A stretch of DNA of 64,000 nt from Raillietiella orientalis (Eukaryota), in NCBI GenBank assembly GCA_036172245.1, contig JAYWIR010000025.1, positions 2,170,001 through 2,234,000 of the forward strand, read 5' to 3'. Below the pieces are notes generated by a model that was given only the letters and a program-made list of their open reading frames with translations, had not been told where the DNA came from and made no database searches. Numbering within the stretch: the stretch's first letter is position 1; the number at the start of each line of letters is the position of its first letter. Shown one piece after another: positions 36,546 to 48,888 of this stretch. The translations under genes were made by a program, and so were the position numbers.

Positions 36546-38039
36546 CCCGTTTTTTAAAATACGGGGAGATTGACAGAAACAGCTGAACCTAGTTTCCGGT
36601 ATATTTAACAAATGTACAGAATTATGAAACACAAAAGAAAGTAGATTTGATTTGTAATCTAAAAGATGTGCATTTAGTAAAAGAAGATATGATGATAAGT
36701 GTTACCTAAATTTAATAAAGTAGGTTCTATGATTCACTTCATTACTTTCTTGGGAACAAGGCTGGGTGAAGACCAACAGAATTCCAAAATGTTGATATTT
36801 CTGGGACTAGGTCGGTGTGGGTGAAGAATAAACTGTCTTACAATTCAGTTATGAGCTATTGTATTAGGATACTGCAAGTAATCATACAGATTTCTGTTAA
36901 AATTTTGAAATGGGATTCAAGATATAGTTTGTTCTATTATTCGAGTTTTATGTGCTTTATAATTTCAAGAAAATTTGTCGTTTCATTTGCAATGAACGGT
37001 CTTTTAGATAACAGATAGATAATTTATAAATGCAGAGTAGTCAACTTATCAAGTCCGAGATTATTTAATGATACAAAAACAACACATGGCTTTAAAAAGG
37101 AGATTTAAATCATCATTAAAGGACTAGTCCTTAAATTAAAAAAAAAATTTCATTTTCGAAAATGCAGCATTAATTGACGATTCATATAACAAAAGCACAG
37201 AGGGGAAAAAATATATATATATAACTCACTGCCTATTAAAAATAATGCAACATAAGGAAGTGCTTACATCTACGGTGTTTCGGTCACGGTTTCAAACAGG
37301 GAAAACACCGAGGTTTTTGAAAAGCTAGCTTCTTCATCCTATTTACTAATACTGGTTTACTCGTGTTTGAATGCAAATTATCAGATGCTGTTTGCTTTCT
37401 TTTAAATACCACAATCAGGAAAATGATTAGAAAACATTCTAAAAAAAAAATGGGAGACGAAATTCCAACACTAAGCTAAAATGCTATTTCCTTTCAACAA
37501 CATGAGAACCACTGAAATCTGAGACCAGCGGAAAGGCAAACTGTTAACTTTCATCGTATTATAGAAAAGGTGCCCAAGTCGGACCCTGTGCATCCAACAT
37601 ATACGGAAGCAATGTAATTAATGAACCTTGGATACGTGTCTGTATGGAACTAGTCGTAACTGATCGATACCTCAGGCAACGAGAAATTTAATCGGATGCA
37701 ATTCTTTTGCGATGCTTTATGAAGTCACCACGTCTGAATTCTGCGCAGATGCTGCGGATTTACTCACGAAAAGCAAAGGCTTTAGGCAATCGGTTTCTCA
37801 GAGTGGTCAATATTTTCCAAATACCTCTTCCGACACAGTGGATCATACCGAATTCGGATACAAATGGCAAACCATTTGGGTGCAAGAATTCATACGCAAA
37901 ACTCAAATTCGTATTAAATCGCAAATAAATCACCTCCAAGTGAAATTTACAACGAAAAGAAAATCGTCAGACTGACGAAAACGGAAACTACCAAAGAGTG
38001 TTTCTGTTTGATGAGAAATATTCGAGGAATTAAAAAGTG

Positions 38040-40600
38040 CAATGGGGTCGGGAAGGGAAATTGTGACGCCGGCATTCAGGAAACTTTATTTAATCCTCAC
38101 ACTTTCATAGCAGAAGAACTTTCGAGGAGCGCGGCCCACAAATATGTCAAGAATTCTCATCATTGAGTCATTCAGTTCAACAGAAGGAAAGTGAAAGAAA
38201 AAGCATCCGCATTTCATAAACAAAAGCGGGGAGTCGTAAATCCTTCACTCAGCTGAAGAAAGTTTTGGTTTCTCCAGCCCCGCCCACTCGGAAAAGACTC
38301 GCATTTTGGGTTTTGGGTGCCGTGACTCTGCAGATGTTCAACAAATCGGCTCTGGTGTCCATTACTTTCAATAATAGCGTGGGTACCCCCCGTCTCCCCA
38401 CTTCCGTCATTGGCCGCATCAATGGCCTTGTGACGGGCACAAGGAAACTCAAACAAGCAGAGATCCGCCTTACGGCTTGATGTTTTGAAGGTACAACACC
38501 CTGTGCTGCTCACCTCTCGATCGGCCCTGTCCTATTACTCGGCCCTATCCGTAGGGTTCCGCGGACATTCGGACAGCCGCTGAGTACTTGTTATAGATGA
38601 GTCGGCAGACAGTGCTTGCTGTCAGTGAGTAGCCCCCAGAAATCCCCAGGTATTAAAAGATAAGGAAGGATGAACCGAACCCAGATTACCTGGGATATTC
38701 GGTAGGGCATTTGCGAGCGGAAGCTCCAGAGGTCGCGCTGATGGCTTGTGTTTTTGCAGCGTCCAAATGATGAGGACAGCTGCCCAGGGCCGCGAAGATG
38801 CGGCCAATACACAGTTTCGACTTAAAATTCGTCATTGGACTGTACCGTGCCACGAGGCTGACCAGGGAGCTTCTCGGATTAGGAGAGTGACTGCAGACAA
38901 GGTCGTGATGATTTCCAGACTGACTGTCGCCACATTTCTGAAGCAACTTCGGAGCTGTTGGCAGTTCCTCGACGATTCTTCGGAAACCATGCAAGATGTG
39001 GGGGAAAAGTTCACGCTCCGCTTCGGCGTTTGCACGTGGTTTCTTCATCTGCTCACCCCTCATTCCACATCTTTTCGCGTGTGTTCGCCAGAGTGCGCTG
39101 TCCCCCACATCCGAATACACTGAATACACTCGCAGCCGTTGGAGCTTCCGATGATGGCAGAATCGCAGCCAATTCGTCCCGGCCACAAGGGAGAGGGCCG
39201 CTTGATCTTTCGAGACAAGGAGAAGCCAGAAGATGCGCTCCCCAGGACGGTGGATGCATCTTCCTTGCATCTGCTAAAGCTGACGGATCCTCATATCTTC
39301 CCAAAAGTCTTTCGTCACCACACAGAAACAGGCTTGGGCCACCACCGCGAGAGCTTCCCCCTGCTGGGAACATGGAAACGCCTTCTCATGACCAGAAGCA
39401 AATTTGCTTTCGGATATCTTACTCGAGTTTCGCAACTCCCTCATCCACAAAACCACGGTTTTGCGAGCTGTCCAATCGGTGATGGCGGGCAGGTCACGGA
39501 TCGGTTTTCTGATCGTCCACGTCGAAGCGTTTATACCTCGCAAAAGCCTTTCTAGATGGCAGCAAATTCGTCTCCGACGCGGCATCGCAACGCCATTCGG
39601 CGGGTGTACGTACGTCGGGTGTCGCGCAGTGCAAGAGCGCGAGACGGGGTTCGCCGTCGTGCAGAAGGGAACCACCATTCCTCTGGAAGGGAAGACTCTT
39701 GCCTTCTGGACTCAAAATTCTACGCTTGGTCCATGCTTTTCCACTGCTTCTTCAATCCACGATGGAGAGGTGTACCATCACTGCAAAGCAGACACGACTC
39801 ACCTTGGATCTGCTTACCCTGTCTTGTCTGCTTCATCGGACCACGTCTTTCACAGGGGGCAGGATCTGTGAACAATGCAGGGAGCGTTGCCGTCTGTTGC
39901 ACCTCTTTACTAGAAGGTGTGACCTAGCTGGTTGCCCTTGAGTCAGTGAGACCTGGTGCCATTGCCCGCTGCGAAGTGAGATCGTCCACGAACAAGGTAG
40001 CAGCTAGCAATACCTGAGTACGCCAGCAGCGTCCTCGTGATCGGGATGGCCCCGAAGAGGCTGGTCTTGCTAAGAAAAAGAAAGCAAATATCGAAAGAGC
40101 GCACACACATAAGCGGGTTACACCGAACACCGTGCGAGGTTCCATCACCTGCAAGTGTCCCACACTGACCACCCACGGAAATGCTTCCTGTGGTGGTTCC
40201 AGGAAACTACGAGGGAGAGAAATGATGAGCGTTTGCGAGAGCCAGCAGCTTCCCTGAACACCCCTTCCTGCTTGGAACACAGGTGTCCTTTCTCCGAACG
40301 GGCGTGAGCGGCGTGTTGAGAACCTGCGACGGTTTCCGCCGCATTGAACCGCGTGGCCTTCCCTCCCCCAAGCCTTACGGAGGACTTTCCTGGAACGGGG
40401 GAAAATTCCATTTCCTCATCACGAACGTACCGTTCAGGGAGGTGGGGATGGGGGGGCTAAGGCTACTTTTGCTCGCCGCCTCTGCCTCGCTCTGCATCCG
40501 GGCAGGGATTTTCCACCTTCGTTTAATCAGGGAGAGTCCGTTATCAGTTCTCCGGCCGGTGATGGGATTGGGTGAGACAAGAGCGGCACCGTTCGGGAGG
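38040..40600 (+). mobile_element. Decayed L1/Tx1-clade LINE ORF2 (linker, RT, C-terminus)
   Basis: GKG...KVKEKASAFHKQK linker; PQKSPG (~38635-38652); KIRHWTVPCHEAD..ASRIRRV (NWRPI.LLN.D...A.RL..V); FPLLGTWKRLLMTRSKFAFGYLTRVSQLP (L.L.GK.L...Y...V..P). A post-knuckle segment at ~40310-40345 resembles 1358-1405. Confidence 0.55.
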
Positions 40601-40749
40601 AGTTTCCGCATGCCAGCTCCTTTCGAGCCTGCTTCCTCCAGGGGCTGACGGACCGTCTTCGTCGGCACCTGGAAGCGTTCCGTTGCGATACGGCAGCTGC
40701 GTAGAGGAAGATTGCTCACCTGTCCGTAGTCCGACTGCAGTCCTGATGC

Positions 40750-43700
40750 ACGTGCAGGCCTGGAGACCTTCCCACGTCCCCCAACGCGTTCGCCGACGTT
40801 CTTGCGATGTCTCTGACGTGTTTACACAGTTTCGTGCGACGTTGCGGGTGAGTTCTTCGAAATCAGTCCCGACAAGGGAATGGAGAGCGGGGTACTTCTG
40901 TTGGGTGGTGCATCTTCTTCGATTCTCCTGCAGTTGCTTTAGGACGAAGAGCCTTTGCACTTTCGACTCCCTGCGCTGCGATGTCACGATCGATCCTTAG
41001 AAAACTTCAGTCCGAAAAAGTGGGGCCACATCCAGGTCACCCGTTCTCAACTACCTCTTCTTGCCCTTTGTCACTTTGTTGGCAGAATTTTCGAAAAGAT
41101 CGAACAAACTCCACTTTTTCCAAAAGCTGTCTAAAGCCGCCTCCTCCGAAGCAACGAAGAATTCCGAGAGGTTAAAGGAAACGCACCGAACGCACGCCAT
41201 TTTCAAACCGTTTTCGATGCGGCTGCTGCGGTTTCCAACTCCAGGATCTCGTTGACTCTTGCAAACTGACTGTTTAGTGCTCCTTGCAGGATGACACCCT
41301 TCTTCGAATCCCAACCCGAAACATCATTCAAATTTGCCTGCACATTAAGCAACCAACAGCTCGGGACCCAATGTGAGAGATGGAAAGACATTGATTGAGA
41401 TCTTAGCAGCACGGAAGCGTCAGGGAAAGCCTTTCCCTGAAGTAAACAAGGAGATAAGCATTCGTTTGGTCTTGGTTTCCTAGCACTTTTAGCTTTCGCA
41501 TGGTTAATCGGAAAATTCCTCCCCGAAGGCCTCCCACCACAATCTAATTGGATGGATTTTCTCTGGCTGGAACAGCTGGTTTGATTCCTGGAGAAAAAAA
41601 AAAAAAAAATGTGCGCTTCGGAGCAGCGAGAACTTTCATCTTTGGAACCGTTGACGAAGCCGAAGAAGTTGCACTTCGGGTCCGGTTCGCTTCCCTATAT
41701 CTTCGGAAAAGTGAAGGACGCTTTTGGTTATGCAGCCAGCTGGAGGATCCCGCAATGCAGCTCCACCCTTTCGAAATCGTTTTGTGTCCAGTCTTGTAAA
41801 ATCGGAGCATCTTCATGCACTTCCGGTGAGGCTTTCAAGTGCTCGCTTAGAGGAACCGGAATCTCGTGAACTGTGCCATCCGAAGAAACGGAAGGGAAAC
41901 CGCGCAGCGCCGGCGTTACGACCCTCAAGTTCTTTAGCAGGACCCAGGTGGACCCTTTCGATGAAAGGGTCCACCTGGAAACCGGTCCTCGAGTTCTTTC
42001 ACTACGGCTTTTGTTGTGTTCTCTCCACGTCCTTTCCACAGCCCCTGCCGTGCCGAACCTGTACGCTGCATCCGTCTCCAGCAGCTCCGCCGTTCCGTTG
42101 ACAGCCAATCCGTTACCCCGACCCGTTGAAAACTCCGCGAGCGCCGGCAGAGTTGCAGAAGCCACTGGTGTTTGGTTTTGACCAAGACCCACACCTGCTC
42201 GCTTTCGGGAACGCGCGAGCAACGGGGAGAACAAGTCCTTCCTCCCACCGTTCGAGAACCTGCGAGTGGTAGCAGGCAAACCGGTGCGGCAGGGCTCGCG
42301 CCCGCCCCCGCGGAACGTGGACGTGGCTTCATCCCGCCTGCGTGGATGCAGCTGCTGCCCAGGGAGAGTCGCGAGCGATGCCGCAACCCTCCCTGGCAGC
42401 GCTCCGGTTCCCGAGGTGCATAAATTTCACGCAGCGTCGGACTACAGTGCTTTCCCCTCGCACGTGCAGATTCCTGCAGGAGCCACGGTTCCTCTGGTCC
42501 TCACATTACCAACCCATCGAGTGGCCTTCATTGCAAACAGCTAGAACAGAGTTGCCGGCTACCGTGCAGGTGCCGCACGAAGACTGAGAAAACGAGGTCG
42601 TTCCCTCCCGGAAGATGCCTGTGGAAACAGATCTTCGCGCTCATGAACGCACCCGCGTGCGTGTCTTCCACCGATTTCTTCTGCGCGCCTGCGTTCATCG
42701 CTCTCTTTGAAACTTAATCCGGTGGCCAAGTAGCCGCTGTTTTTCTTCGCCCCGGAACCTCGAGGGAGCGCATGCATCTCGTTTGACAAGGCGCCATTAC
42801 TTGTCTGACAGGAACTTTGACAAGAGCTGAAAGAGTGCGTCGACCAAGAGAAGCGCTCTCTAGACGAGTTTCGTCCCGCGACGGACGAAGCACCTCCTCG
42901 CGATCCATCAACTTCTGGTCCGTTTCTAGCAAAAGTCTCGCAGAAGCCTTCCGCTCCTACTCCTTGCCGTTCGCGCGCGCGTTTCCCCTGCAAGCGCTCT
43001 GAACTGATTGGGCAGCGTCGCGCAGGAGGCTGGAGGGGCGCCGAAGAGACTTGGGTGCCCTCCATCAACTGGAGACAGCGGCCCAGGCGCGTCCACCCTT
43101 TCCCGTTTTGCACGTGCTCCAGAGGAACGCAGTGCCGGGAACTTGGAAGGAAGGGACTACTCCGCGACGAAGCGCTGGTGGGACCCGGCACCTCGGGTCG
43201 GGAAGATGGCAAAGAGGGTTTGAACCCGGTCGCGTTGGGACATTTATTCTGAAAGATAAAGCAAAAGAAACCAAAGGGTAGAGGGGAAGAATGGTACCCC
43301 ATCAAAAAACTAAAAAAAGCTTCCCCAAAAGAAAAGAAGTTCATCCGGGATGACCATTGGCACGTAGGCCGGCTTCCGAAAGGCAGGGAACGGAGGGAGG
43401 AGGGGAGCAATAAACAAATGAAGAAAAGACAGGAGGGTGAGGACAGGGGTCTCTGGTCGAAGGCGTTCCTTCCTCTCTGGAAGCGGCTGTTGGTGGTGGC
43501 AATCCCCCTGGCGACTTCTCCTGGCACCTTGCTTGCTGCTGCCCCCATGGGGTTTGATGGCAAAGGAGGCGGCGCGCAACCGCCTGCAACGCGATGTTCT
43601 CACTTTGCGTTCACACGAGGCGGATTCTGGGAAGCCGCTTCGCGGAGACGTGGGAGCAAACAGGCTGTTGCCTCCCGTGCTGGCGGCGGTGACCAGCTCT

Positions 43701-44641
43701 CGCTGCGCGTCGCGAGCGCTTCGGAAGGAGAGCTGGCTGGAGTACGGGGGTGGTGCCGCTGTCTCGTTCCCTTGCGGATTCCTGGAGCACGTAGATCTAA
43801 CCGCTCCTCGTTTGCGGGCCCTGCTGCTTGCTGATGGAAGGTGCCTTCCGTGCTTTTCCTTTCTGCCTGGCACCTCTGGAAGACAGGAGACCTGTTCCCG
43901 TGAAGAGAGGGTCGCTTCTCAGCATCGGAGGTCTGGCGCTCCCATCCTCTCTATCTACTCGCTGTCTGCTGTGAAACCGATGCAGTCAAAATGCAGCAGC
44001 GTTCTGGGTCCCATCCCCCTCCTCCTTGCTTTCAGAGCCGTGCATCAAGCTGAAGAGTCGTGGTGGATGCCAGCCCAGCACTTCTGCGTTGGCAAGCCTC
44101 TCTCTCCCCGCCGAAGGAGCGTCTCGATGCCGATGGCTCGTGGGGCCGTTGCGCGTTTCTCTTACCGTCTGGCAGACACCTGAAGGTCCGACGGAATAGG
44201 GATGGCATAGGAGTGCATCGGAGCAGCTTTTGACTTTGGCGTGAATTCCATCTGGATGCATGGCACGGCTCAGCACATCACCCAAGAGGTGAGAAGAAAG
44301 ATCTCCCACCCGACCTTGTCGCGTGATCGGAAAAGAAAAAAAGAAAAGAAAAGAGAATCAGGTGTAATGGCTTTTGCAAGAGCGTGTAAACGCAAACCAA
44401 ACGAGGCGGTGGCAAAGGACAATGAAAGCGAACGAGAATTTGTTTCTTTCTTTCTTCTTCCCCCTTTTTTTTTTTTTTTTTCCTTCCGTTTTTTCGAGAA
44501 GAGCGTCGATTTTCTTTTCTTTCCTTTTCTACGTTTCCAGCATTCACATCCCCCTCTCCCGGCTTTTGCGTGAGCCTCGGATAAGCCTCGGGCACTGTGT
44601 GGTTTCCTGAATGCGAATAAAAAAAAAAAAAAAAAAAAAAA
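40750..44641 (+). mobile_element. Decayed L1/Tx1-clade LINE ORF2 (APE remnant, RT, post-RT) with T-rich 3' UTR, AATAAA and poly(A)
   Basis: FVTLLAEFSKRSNKLHFFQKL (APE-like); ASWRIP...GEAFKCSLRG; GSAPVPE (SPGPDG); WKQIFALMNA (WRPI.LMN); CISFDKA; GCPPS; GLWSKAFLPLWKRLLVV; RLQRDVLTLRSHE. T-rich tract 44440-44530, then AATAAA at 44616 running into a ~23-nt A tail. Confidence 0.7.
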
Positions 44642-44949
44642 GCATTTGCTACATGTTATGCCATAACACAATGCACCCGCATTTTTTTTTTTTTTTTTTA
44701 CGAGAGATGGAATATGCAGATAAACTGTTACTTGGAATTCAAGAAAGAATCTCGTGAGTATTTCTGATTTGTCAAACCCGACGACACCTTTAGCTGCGTT
44801 TCCAGGACGACGGTGACTCGACGCTTTCTGTCATCGTGCACGATTGGAAAGATGCGGTACTCCCGACGGATTTTCGATCGTAGAAGGATTCCCACGGTTT
44901 TTCACGGAAAATTTACTCTACGGATGTCTGCCACAGAGACGAGAGTGCG

Positions 44950-46200
44950 CCTCACTTTTAAGATGTTCCGCACTCCCGGGAGTCTTCAAGATGGCGAATT
45001 CGCGTCTGAAAGGAGATGCTAATGGCAGAAGGCTTCCTTCGGAGGCAGGGGGGTGCGGTAGAGGAAGGGATCGAGTTGTTTGAGGATGATTCGTGTTGCA
45101 ACTGCCGTGGAAAGAAACGGAGATGGCATCTTGCAATATCGATCACGAGCTATCCGTGTGCGTTGCGCCCCCCCGCCCCGCCGTCTCCCCTCCGTTTCCG
45201 CTCCATTTTTGCTGCAGTGTACAACTTCCCGAAAAGACACCTTGGGGGTTGTGCCGGCTGGTCCCCATTCTTGCACAGGGCGAGGCAGGGAAGAAGCTAA
45301 GACGAGCAGCTGCTATGCCAAGTTCGGCTGGCACGCGTGTTGCTCCGTACACGCTGGGTCTGCGGCCGGTGTCCGTCGTGGAGCGAATGGGACTCTCCGC
45401 TGCTCCCATTCAGCCTTACCACCCCGCCCTGCACCCCCTCCCAAGGCTGCAGCGACCCTCGAGGATCGGGATCAGGTAGTCGAGTCCGCGCTTTTGCAAG
45501 CGTCTTCCCTCTCTTTGCCGAGGAGGCGGCCAGGCACATCCGTGACGGGAAAGAGTCTTTCGCTTCTGCTTGGCAGCCCCCCGGGTTTTTGCGCGCGCCG
45601 TGACTACGCGTGTCGGCGGCTTCGAGGGGGGGGGGGGACGCACGGATGGCGTCTTCGAGCGTTTTTTGTTTGTCGCTCGCACGTCACGCGGCCTCATGGA
45701 GCTGCGGCCAAGTCGCAGCAGGCCGATCGTCTGTTCTTAGTACAAGAGGTGCACCCGGGGCTCCCGCGTTCCTGCGGACGCCGCCGTTTCCCTCCTCACG
45801 GTCCGAGCTCTCGGATCGGCCGTTGCCACAGTTCTCGTGACCCTCACGGAATGTTCCCCCTCCCGGAACTCGCCTGGTGGTTCCCTTCTTCCCAAGAACA
45901 AAGCCCCTTCGCAAGATGGGCGTCGCTTCGCCGAAGGTGGTGCCCTTCTTGCCCGCAGAATCTCGGCCGGCGAGCGAGATCCGGTTGATGGCTGGTGCTC
46001 CAAGTACGCGGAAACCTGGCGATCCGGGAAGCCGCGCTGGTGGGAGAGCCGACACCCTTCTCGGATTCTGAGGACACGCGTCCGGAAGGCCGGCGCTTTC
46101 CCTTCCTTTTTTTCATGACTGCCTTCACGTCAGCTGCCGCCATTGGTCTCCCGACGGCTTTGTGCTCGCCTCTGCGTCTGTACCGATCACGTCACGTCAG
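44950..46200 (-). mobile_element. Decayed LINE RT relic (probably L1/Tx1 clade)
   Basis: ADVKAVMKK..GKAP..PD..SSE (EV..A.K..K.GKAPGPDG..E), DKQKTLED (D.EKAFD), SRHGCAWPP (VRQGCPLSP) and ASEGSLL (LS..G..L), in order. Confidence 0.4.
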
Positions 46201-48433
46201 CGCGCGTTCCGCCGCACAAAGGGATCTTCGTTGGCCGAAGCGCGCCGTTCTTCCGTTGTGCGTTCCACGGGAAGTGATGATCCTTCCGGACTCCCTCCTC
46301 CATCCACGCCGGGAATCCACACCCAAAGCGAGTCCGCTGCCATTGGACGCAACTCTTCGAGTGCCGAATCGCACGAGCTCGCGGGCTTCTGTGCGGTTCT
46401 CACTTGGCGTCGTCGTCGGACAGCTGCGACTTCTTCTGCCCTCATCGAACGTCCATCACGAAGCCTCACAGCACGCTGCGCAGGCGAAGAGCGAGGAGGA
46501 ACCCTCCCATAGACGAAGGGCCTAGGAAACACCATTGTGGCCACATCATTGCTTCCGATCGTGGCTAATTAATCACAGGTTCCCGTGGCAGACAACAGCA
46601 AACAGACGTGGCACAGTAACTGCAAAAGATTCCTTCCCGGCGGTTTGAGAGCACGCAAATGACTCTCGCTGGCAATTGCTTGAGGCAGCCGCCATTTTCT
46701 TCTCATCTTGCACACAAACAAAGATACGTATAAATTAAGCTTTTGTCGATGGAAAGAGGAGCACTGTCAAATATGAGAATAGGTCTATAGTCGGCGAACC
46801 AGCAGAATGGGCTTCCTTTGACCTTTTGAAGCTCGTGTTCGTCATTTTCCTGATGGTGGATTTATCATCATTTAATACGGCTTAAGCTATTTGCTTAAAA
46901 TAAGCTTGTCTAATAAAAAGTCATTGAATCTGACAGTGGGGGCATTCAATCCTACAATCGCTCAATCCTATGGTTGACTGACTCTGTATGGGCTCCTTGT
47001 TGCATCTGCCTGCAACACCTTTCATCCTTTGGAATTATCGAGGCACCCGTCTTTTTGATTTTCAGAGAAACCGGACAATGGGCGACTGCTGCACATATGA
47101 TCCACAGTTCAGCGAAATTCACGTGTGCATAACATTCGCTTTAAACGGGTTTCGGGATAATTGTCCTTTCGGGATAACAAAAGCCTTCGTTTACGTACTG
47201 ACAAGAAACAAAAGCCGGAAGGAAAGGAAAGTTGCGAACGATTTCCTGTGTATGATTTTCGTCTTTTCAACGCAGGCAGTTATGAGCAGGAGAATGGAAT
47301 TTTTCTCCTGCGAGCCCTTGATTAACATTTCTAAAGTCTTTTCGCTTGTTTAAGAGGGTCATAATTTTCCTGGTCCTATTAAGGCATGCATCGCAAGGAA
47401 CAGCCTGGCAAAGGAAAGCGGAACAAAGTGAACAAACACTGCGGATTGCCCGGCGCGGCGCCGAGAGCGGGAACGGAACCGGGACGTGCAGTGGCCTCTC
47501 TCAATGGGAGCGGCAGCAGCCTCCTGTTCGGGGGATCCCTGCTCCGGGAACGGCGTGGGCAGAAGCGCAGCTTCGGTGTCACCAGCAAGGCGTGCGTCCC
47601 ACGTCAAATCCAGTGGTCCCCCGGCCGGCATCCTCGCGGGGTCGTCCGTCAGCTCGGAAACGGATTCGCGGCCGAATCGCAGCATCCTGATCCCCATCAG
47701 AAATCGGTTCATCGCACGCTCGGTGAACGTCACCCCGCCGCAAATTGCGACTTTCATCAACAGCATCCGATTTTCTCATCGCGAGACACGGCTCGCATCG
47801 GGATCCGTCACGGGAAAATCATTTTCAAGATCGCGGTCGGAGACTTTCCTCATCCTCTTTGCTGGGTGCTGCCGTGGATCTGCAAGGTGATGAGGCGTAA
47901 ACTTTCTGAATGGAAGAAGACTTTCGGTACGATATACGCCTGCGTGCCACGCGATGCCGGCACACGCGCGCGCGCGCGCGCGTGCAATCCGTGGAAACGC
48001 CGTGCCAGGGAGAACTCCGCGTGTGTGCTTTTTTTTGGTGGGGGAGATGTGGGGGGGGGGGACCAGTAACAGCGGGTACGAGGCAATACCTGAAGATCGG
48101 AGGACACGGATCCCATTTTCGATTTCAAGTACCTCGTGATTGTGCTCGTGACGCCGGAGTATGGGACTTCAACCATGAAATCACGTGACACATAACCATG
48201 ATGAATACGCCATCGTCCTAATTGATGACATGTTTGTAATGACACAGCAGTAATGCATCCATAACATAAAAGCTGCATCCATCGAATTCGATTTGAATTA
48301 TGAAGACGCATTGAGCGAAATTCCCATTGACAGACCTATACGAATTTCGCGCACTGCAACGATGTGCTTTTTCATAATTGCTGTCCCCCGTTTTATCGAT
48401 GATGATGACAGTCGGTTTCTATAGATGTACATG

Positions 48434-48888
48434 CGTGATCCCATCGGATTCTGTGCATCCGTTGCAATGAACGGCTGCTGCTATTCTCTGTGGAAAAATA
48501 TGCTCCGGCGAGACTCCCCGGCATTTATAGAGAGCTTCCATAACGATCACTGTTTCTCATTGTTGATGACTCGCTTGAGGTCAAATGCCGCGCGAGAAAA
48601 CTCCGGAATCTAGAAGATGCTATTTGAGATTGCCGTGATGATAATTTTGATAGCGTTCAATCTGCTCATTATTAAAATCATCATCACAGCAATCGCAAAC
48701 AGCATCTTCTAGATTCTGGAGCTTTCTCGCGCGGCATTTGACCTCAAGTGAGTCATCAACAATGAGAAACAGTGATCGTTATGGAAGCTCTCTATAAATG
48801 CCGGGGAGTCTCGCCGGAGCATATTTTTCCACAGAGAATAGCAGCAGCCGTTTATTGCAACGGATGCACAGAATCCGATGGGATCACG
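48434..48888. repeat. Long near-perfect inverted repeat: 219-bp arms, 17-nt spacer
   Basis: 48434-48652 is the reverse complement of 48670-48888 with about 9 substitutions by manual alignment and no gaps. The ORF track shows the same peptide (RDPIGFCASVA.NGCCYSLWKNMLRRDSPAFIESFHNDHCFSLLMT.LRSNAARE) on both strands. Weaker pairing extends to ~48414/48906. Confidence 0.95.

Noticed and set aside
42559..43563. Longest ORF in the track (334 aa, minus), and other long ORFs such as 45080-45988 and 793-1509
   Set aside because: Low-complexity Ser/Arg/Pro-rich translations lying antisense or off-frame to decayed LINE ORF2; shadow ORFs of GC-rich TE relics.
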